Shown here piece after piece: positions 59,969 through 64,000 of a stretch of DNA of 64,000 nt. This DNA comes from Lama guanicoe (taxonomy: Eukaryota). Location of the stretch: the NCBI GenBank assembly GCA_013239625.1, contig MU053934.1:11633003-11697002 (forward strand), written 5' to 3'. The notes under the pieces are model-generated. The model made no database searches, was not told the origin of the DNA, and was given only the letters and a program-made list of their open reading frames with translations. Positions within the stretch are counted from its first letter, which is position 1; the number at the start of each line of letters is the position of its first letter. The position numbers and the translations under genes are program-made.

Positions 59969-61829
59969 TAAAAGGAACATTTAGCCAGGGAGTTGCAGGC
60001 CCTAAGAGGAGGGCCGGCGAACGCCCGCCCCAGGAGGCCCTGCAGGGAGGAGGGACACCCTGGGAGTGGTGCCGCCCCGGACTGGCGGGGGGTCCTTGCG
60101 GAGGGGCCCGGACAGGCCAGCGTGGCCCTGCCTCCCTTGGGGGGGTGGGGGGCCGTCGGCTGCCCCAGCCCAGCCCCTCCCTCCCCTCCAGACACCAGGC
60201 CTCGCCCGGAGCTGCAGGACATTAAAGTTTCAGGCCTCCTGGTGCACCTGGAGCCGTCTACTCTATTTTTAATGCCTTCAGTCATCAAACCTGCCGAAGC
60301 CGACGTGCCCACAGCGAGACGTCTCCGTCTCCGAGCAATGTGTCATTTTTTCCTGTTAATTTCACAGCAATGGCGAGGGGACAGGAATTGGTCAAACTAA
60401 ATGAACTTGCAAGTGCCTCGCTCTTTATGTCGGAGAGGAGGGGCGGACTCAGGGCATTTTGCCGAGGCAGCTCCCCCTCATGGGTCTCCTGCTGGGGGTT
60501 AAGGACTGAGCGTTTAACCCAGGCCTGTGTGGGGCTGTCCCCGGCTGGGAATCCGGTCGGACGAGGCACCTTGGCTCCCTGGATGTGGCCCCCGCTGCTC
60601 GGGCACAGAGGCCAGCCTGCCCAGGAACTTTATGGGCCAACGTGACCCCCGGATGTGGTGCCGGCCCCCTGGAGCCACACAGGAGGCTCCGAGAAGGTGG
60701 GGAGGACAAGGGGTGGCTGCCAGCAGAGCCCCTCTGTGTCCGGGGAGACCTGAATTCGGAGCAGAACCAAAGAAACCAGCCGACGTGGCCCGGGCCTCCC
60801 GGACTCCTCCCCGGAGAGGAAGCCCGTGAACCCACGATGGGACGCGGGGCTGGCAGCCTCCCCCAGGGCCTCCCCCGCACCCTCCTCCTGAGCTGCCGCA
60901 GCGTGAGCTGCACCGGGCTCCCCAGGATGGGCAGGCGGGGCCCTGGGGAGTCTGGGACAGCCGTGTTTCCGGGGAGAGTCTGATGTGGGAGGACAGTGCC
61001 AGGGCAGACGGGGGTCCAAGTGGGGTCCTGGTGAGGGATCTCCAGAGAAACGAGCCAAACCTGAGCCTTTAAATGATCTGCCTGCTTCCTTTTCACTTAA
61101 ACTAATAATGACCCCTGAAGAAAAGCTAGAAACTGCAGGTAAGAAAAAACAAGCCCGAACGTGACCCCTGACTTGAGAAGGGTCAACCCCGTGGGGACCC
61201 GTCCCATCTGCTGACCCTCACCTCCGCCTCACAAAGTGGCCGAGCCCCGGCCCAGGGCCCCCTCCCCGCCGGACACGGGCAGGAGAGGCCGCGTCCTCCG
61301 CCTTCGGGGCCCCGCCCGGTCGGCCACCCCTGCGCAGGCAGCCTCATGGCCCCGGGGTCCTCTGGGTCACCCGCACCCATTTTTCCTGAGCGTTGGGCCT
61401 CTGAGCCGCCTGGACTTTCCAGGGATCCTCACGCACCCCCGCAAACCCTCAGCTCGGGTGCGGGTCCCCCGGAGGGGCCCTCGAGGCCCAGGCCCACAGT
61501 CCTGGGATGTGGCCCATAAATGGAGGGGAAGTTCTGATGAGAACAGGGCAGGAGAACCACCCCAGGGCCGGGCGGGCAGGAGGGGAGGGATCCCGTGCCC
61601 ACGCTTGACACAAACACCGGAAGTCACAGGGTCTCGTGACAAACTGCGAAACTCAGTACACGACCCATCACCCACTTGGACAAACAGCACAATTCAAAAG
61701 CGTGGACAGTCGTGGTTGCTAAGTGGGGCCGAGCCTGTGAAACACCGGGGAGAGCGCCCGTCCCCATCACGGCCGCCGCGTGTCCGCCGGCGGGGCCAGG
61801 GCGCTTCTCTGAGCCACAAAATGAAACGT

Positions 61830-62435
61830 GCACGAGTCACACATTCAGTCTTCTTCACTGTGTTTCAGCAAAATCACTAGATTTTAATCAACATTCATCT
61901 ACTTTGTGTTCGACTAAAAATCATGAATTAAAGGTTTAAGTAATAAAATGTGCTTGTGTTAGAAGCACACACATTGTGGACACATTTTCATAAAAATGCC
62001 AGCGAAACTTAAGAGATAAAACTAAAAGCATGTTCTGTGTCTTTCAAAGAAGTTACTTCATTCCAAAACATCAAGGATTATACATTAAAATTAAAGAGCA
62101 AAAGGTAAGTCCTAACTAATGAATGTTGTGGAAAACCACTGAAACAACAAGGGCGTCTTTGTCGAAGAAAACCTCAGGGGATTTAAAAATGCAAACGTGC
62201 TGCCGTAAAGTCTAAACTTTTATAACATTTTTTTGTTGGGTGTTTACAGTCCTCCCGTTGCCGTTCACTTAATCTCACAAAAACCTGAGCACCTAAATTA
62301 AAATGATCTCAATACGAATGAATCTGGTTTTACTTGTTTTAAAATTGAATTAACTGGTATTAAAGTGTCATAGAAACTGATCCTATTTGTCAGTCGAATG
62401 TTCTTGTCCAACTAGTTGTCAAAACACCGTCACTG
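61830..62435. mobile_element. Probable hAT DNA transposon remnant (MER63/Blackjack-like)
   Basis: ~30% GC; gataaaactaaaagcatgttctgtgtct and terminal tagttgtcaaaacaccgtcactg resemble MER63 segments. Confidence 0.45.
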
Positions 62436-62754
62436 CCAGGCGGTGGTCATGGGGGCCTGGGAGGGAGGCACGAGGTGTCGGTCAAGGGGCCGAGTTCCGG
62501 CTGCGAGACGTCAGCCGGGGGTCTGCTGGCAGCGTGGGCCCGGGGTTCACCCGGAGCGCTGTGTGCGTGAAGCCTGCCCGCAGGGTCGATCCCACATGTC
62601 CCCGGGACGAACGAGGTCGCCCGTGAGCTGGTGGAGACGTTCCTCAGCTCGGTCGTGGCGATGGTTTCACAACGCGCACGTGCACCAAGCCGCCAAGCTG
62701 TAGACCTCACATACGTCCACTCTCTAATTGGCAGTTTCACGTCAGTAAAGATGG
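62436..62754 (+). mobile_element. L1MA9-like 3' UTR, extremely GC-shifted
   Basis: ggtcaaggggccgagttccggctgcgagacg, gctcggtcgtggcgatggtttcacaacgcgcacgtgcaccaag and cagtaaag are colinear with the L1MA9 3' end with most A/T replaced by G/C. Confidence 0.75.
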
Positions 62755-64000
62755 CAGATGCACGTTCCGTCTAGACCTACGAGGTGCTCATGACCTCAGC
62801 CACGCTGGGCGCCCGTGTCCCTCCAGACCAGGTCTGGCCGGCGCAGGAGCTCAGAGCGGGGAGAGACGTCTTCCCTGGGGGAGACACCGTGCTCCCCCGA
62901 CCTGGGCAGCAGCTCAGCATCGACCTCCAGGCACGAAGCATCGGAGGGGCAGGAGGCAGGAGCATCCAACCTGTGGCTGGGGCCACGTGGTCAGGGCTGG
63001 AGTCTTGGGTGTGAGGAGCAGACACAGGTCGGGGCCAGGCCCCCCCCCACCCCACCCTGAGGAGGGGACGCTGAGCTACATCCCTGGGGAGGGGTCAGTT
63101 TTTGGGCCAGAGCTTCCCCGCATGGCGGGCAGGAGGGGCTGGTTCCCAGCAGGTGGGCAGGGGGGTCCTGGGCCGGGGGGTCCTGGGCCATGCGGCCCAT
63201 CCTCCTGGGCGGCAGGACTTGCTCTGAGCTCCGGGTGCTCCGTGGGAGTCTCCATCACAGAAACGCTGGCAGAGAGCAGGAAACGGCCGAAGGACACCGG
63301 GGACCCTTCGCTCCAGAGGGCGGCCTCTGAAAGTCAGCCCCGGGCCCCCAGATGGCCCCTGGGACAGCGCGCAGCCCCCACCCCCCCGCGTGTGCGTGCA
63401 GGGCTGCCTGGGGTCTCGGGCCATCAGCACAACACGCTCCAGAGAGCGGCCTCGGCCGGCCTTCCCCTCTCCTCTTCCTGTGACCCCCACAGCCCCAGCG
63501 AGCCCCTGGCATCACCACCCCGTCCTGCCCACACCCCATCTGGTAGGGTCCGCACCTCCCCTTCCCTGAGGGACGGTGAGGTGGCCCCGCCCCCTCCAGG
63601 GCAGCCGAGTGTCCAGCAGGGATTCCCGCAGCGTCTCCAGAGGCAACAAGGGGCCAAAAGGAGCAGGGGCCTCGTGAGGCGGGGAGCCCCAGGACCCCGG
63701 CTGGAACGCACCCCCAGCCCCTCCAGCAGGCAGAAGCTCCTGGAACATCTCTGACTCAGGTGGTGAGGGAACGGGCGTTTCCCCCAAGACCAATGAGCCA
63801 TGTGGTGGGGGGGTAGCCTCAGCTGTGGGGGGCAGACAGGAGCCTAGTCCTGGAGGTGAGGCTGCCCTGAGGGCCAGAGACGCAGCGGCTACTGATTGAC
63901 CCCAGAGCAGCCTTTCCTCTGCAAACAGACATGTGACATCAGAAAATGCCAGATGGACACGGGGTTTCCTGGACCCCCCACAAATTCACCCCGGACAGAG

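Noticed and set aside
61136-61144. Strong splice donor CAG/GTAAGA (also perfect minus-strand donors near 2604 and 8383)
   Set aside because: No matching acceptor or coding frame seen; such motifs occur by chance, though lncRNA exons cannot be excluded without RNA-seq

Overview
Mammalian, apparently gene-free, GC- and CpG-rich genomic DNA, most likely camelid (alpaca/camel): it carries a Vic-1-type tRNA-derived SINE (33588-33694) and a young camelid-type L1 3' end with a target-site duplication (50892-51558). I found no credible protein-coding exon, RNA gene or CRISPR array; the ORF track is explained by high GC, repeats and a VNTR. The window is a mosaic of old interspersed repeats (MIR, L2, CR1/L3, L1M, MaLR/ERVL/ERV1 solo LTRs, a probable hAT element), three N-gaps, a ~2.3 kb near-identical duplication straddling a gap (probably uncollapsed haplotypes), and AT-rich non-repeat islands dense in homeodomain/forkhead/MEIS/GATA motifs that look like developmental enhancers. 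The most notable observations are (i) a 10-copy minisatellite in which every unit junction forms an NF-kB consensus site, (ii) extreme, sharply bounded AT-to-GC rewriting of old repeats suggestive of GC-biased gene conversion hot spots, and (iii) a tight cluster of weak/strong differences between the duplicate copies. Apparent endogenous bornavirus-like matches were examined and rejected as L2 and CR1 remnants. Repeat family names rest on consensus sequences recalled from memory, boundaries are approximate, and I cannot claim a new biological system from sequence alone.
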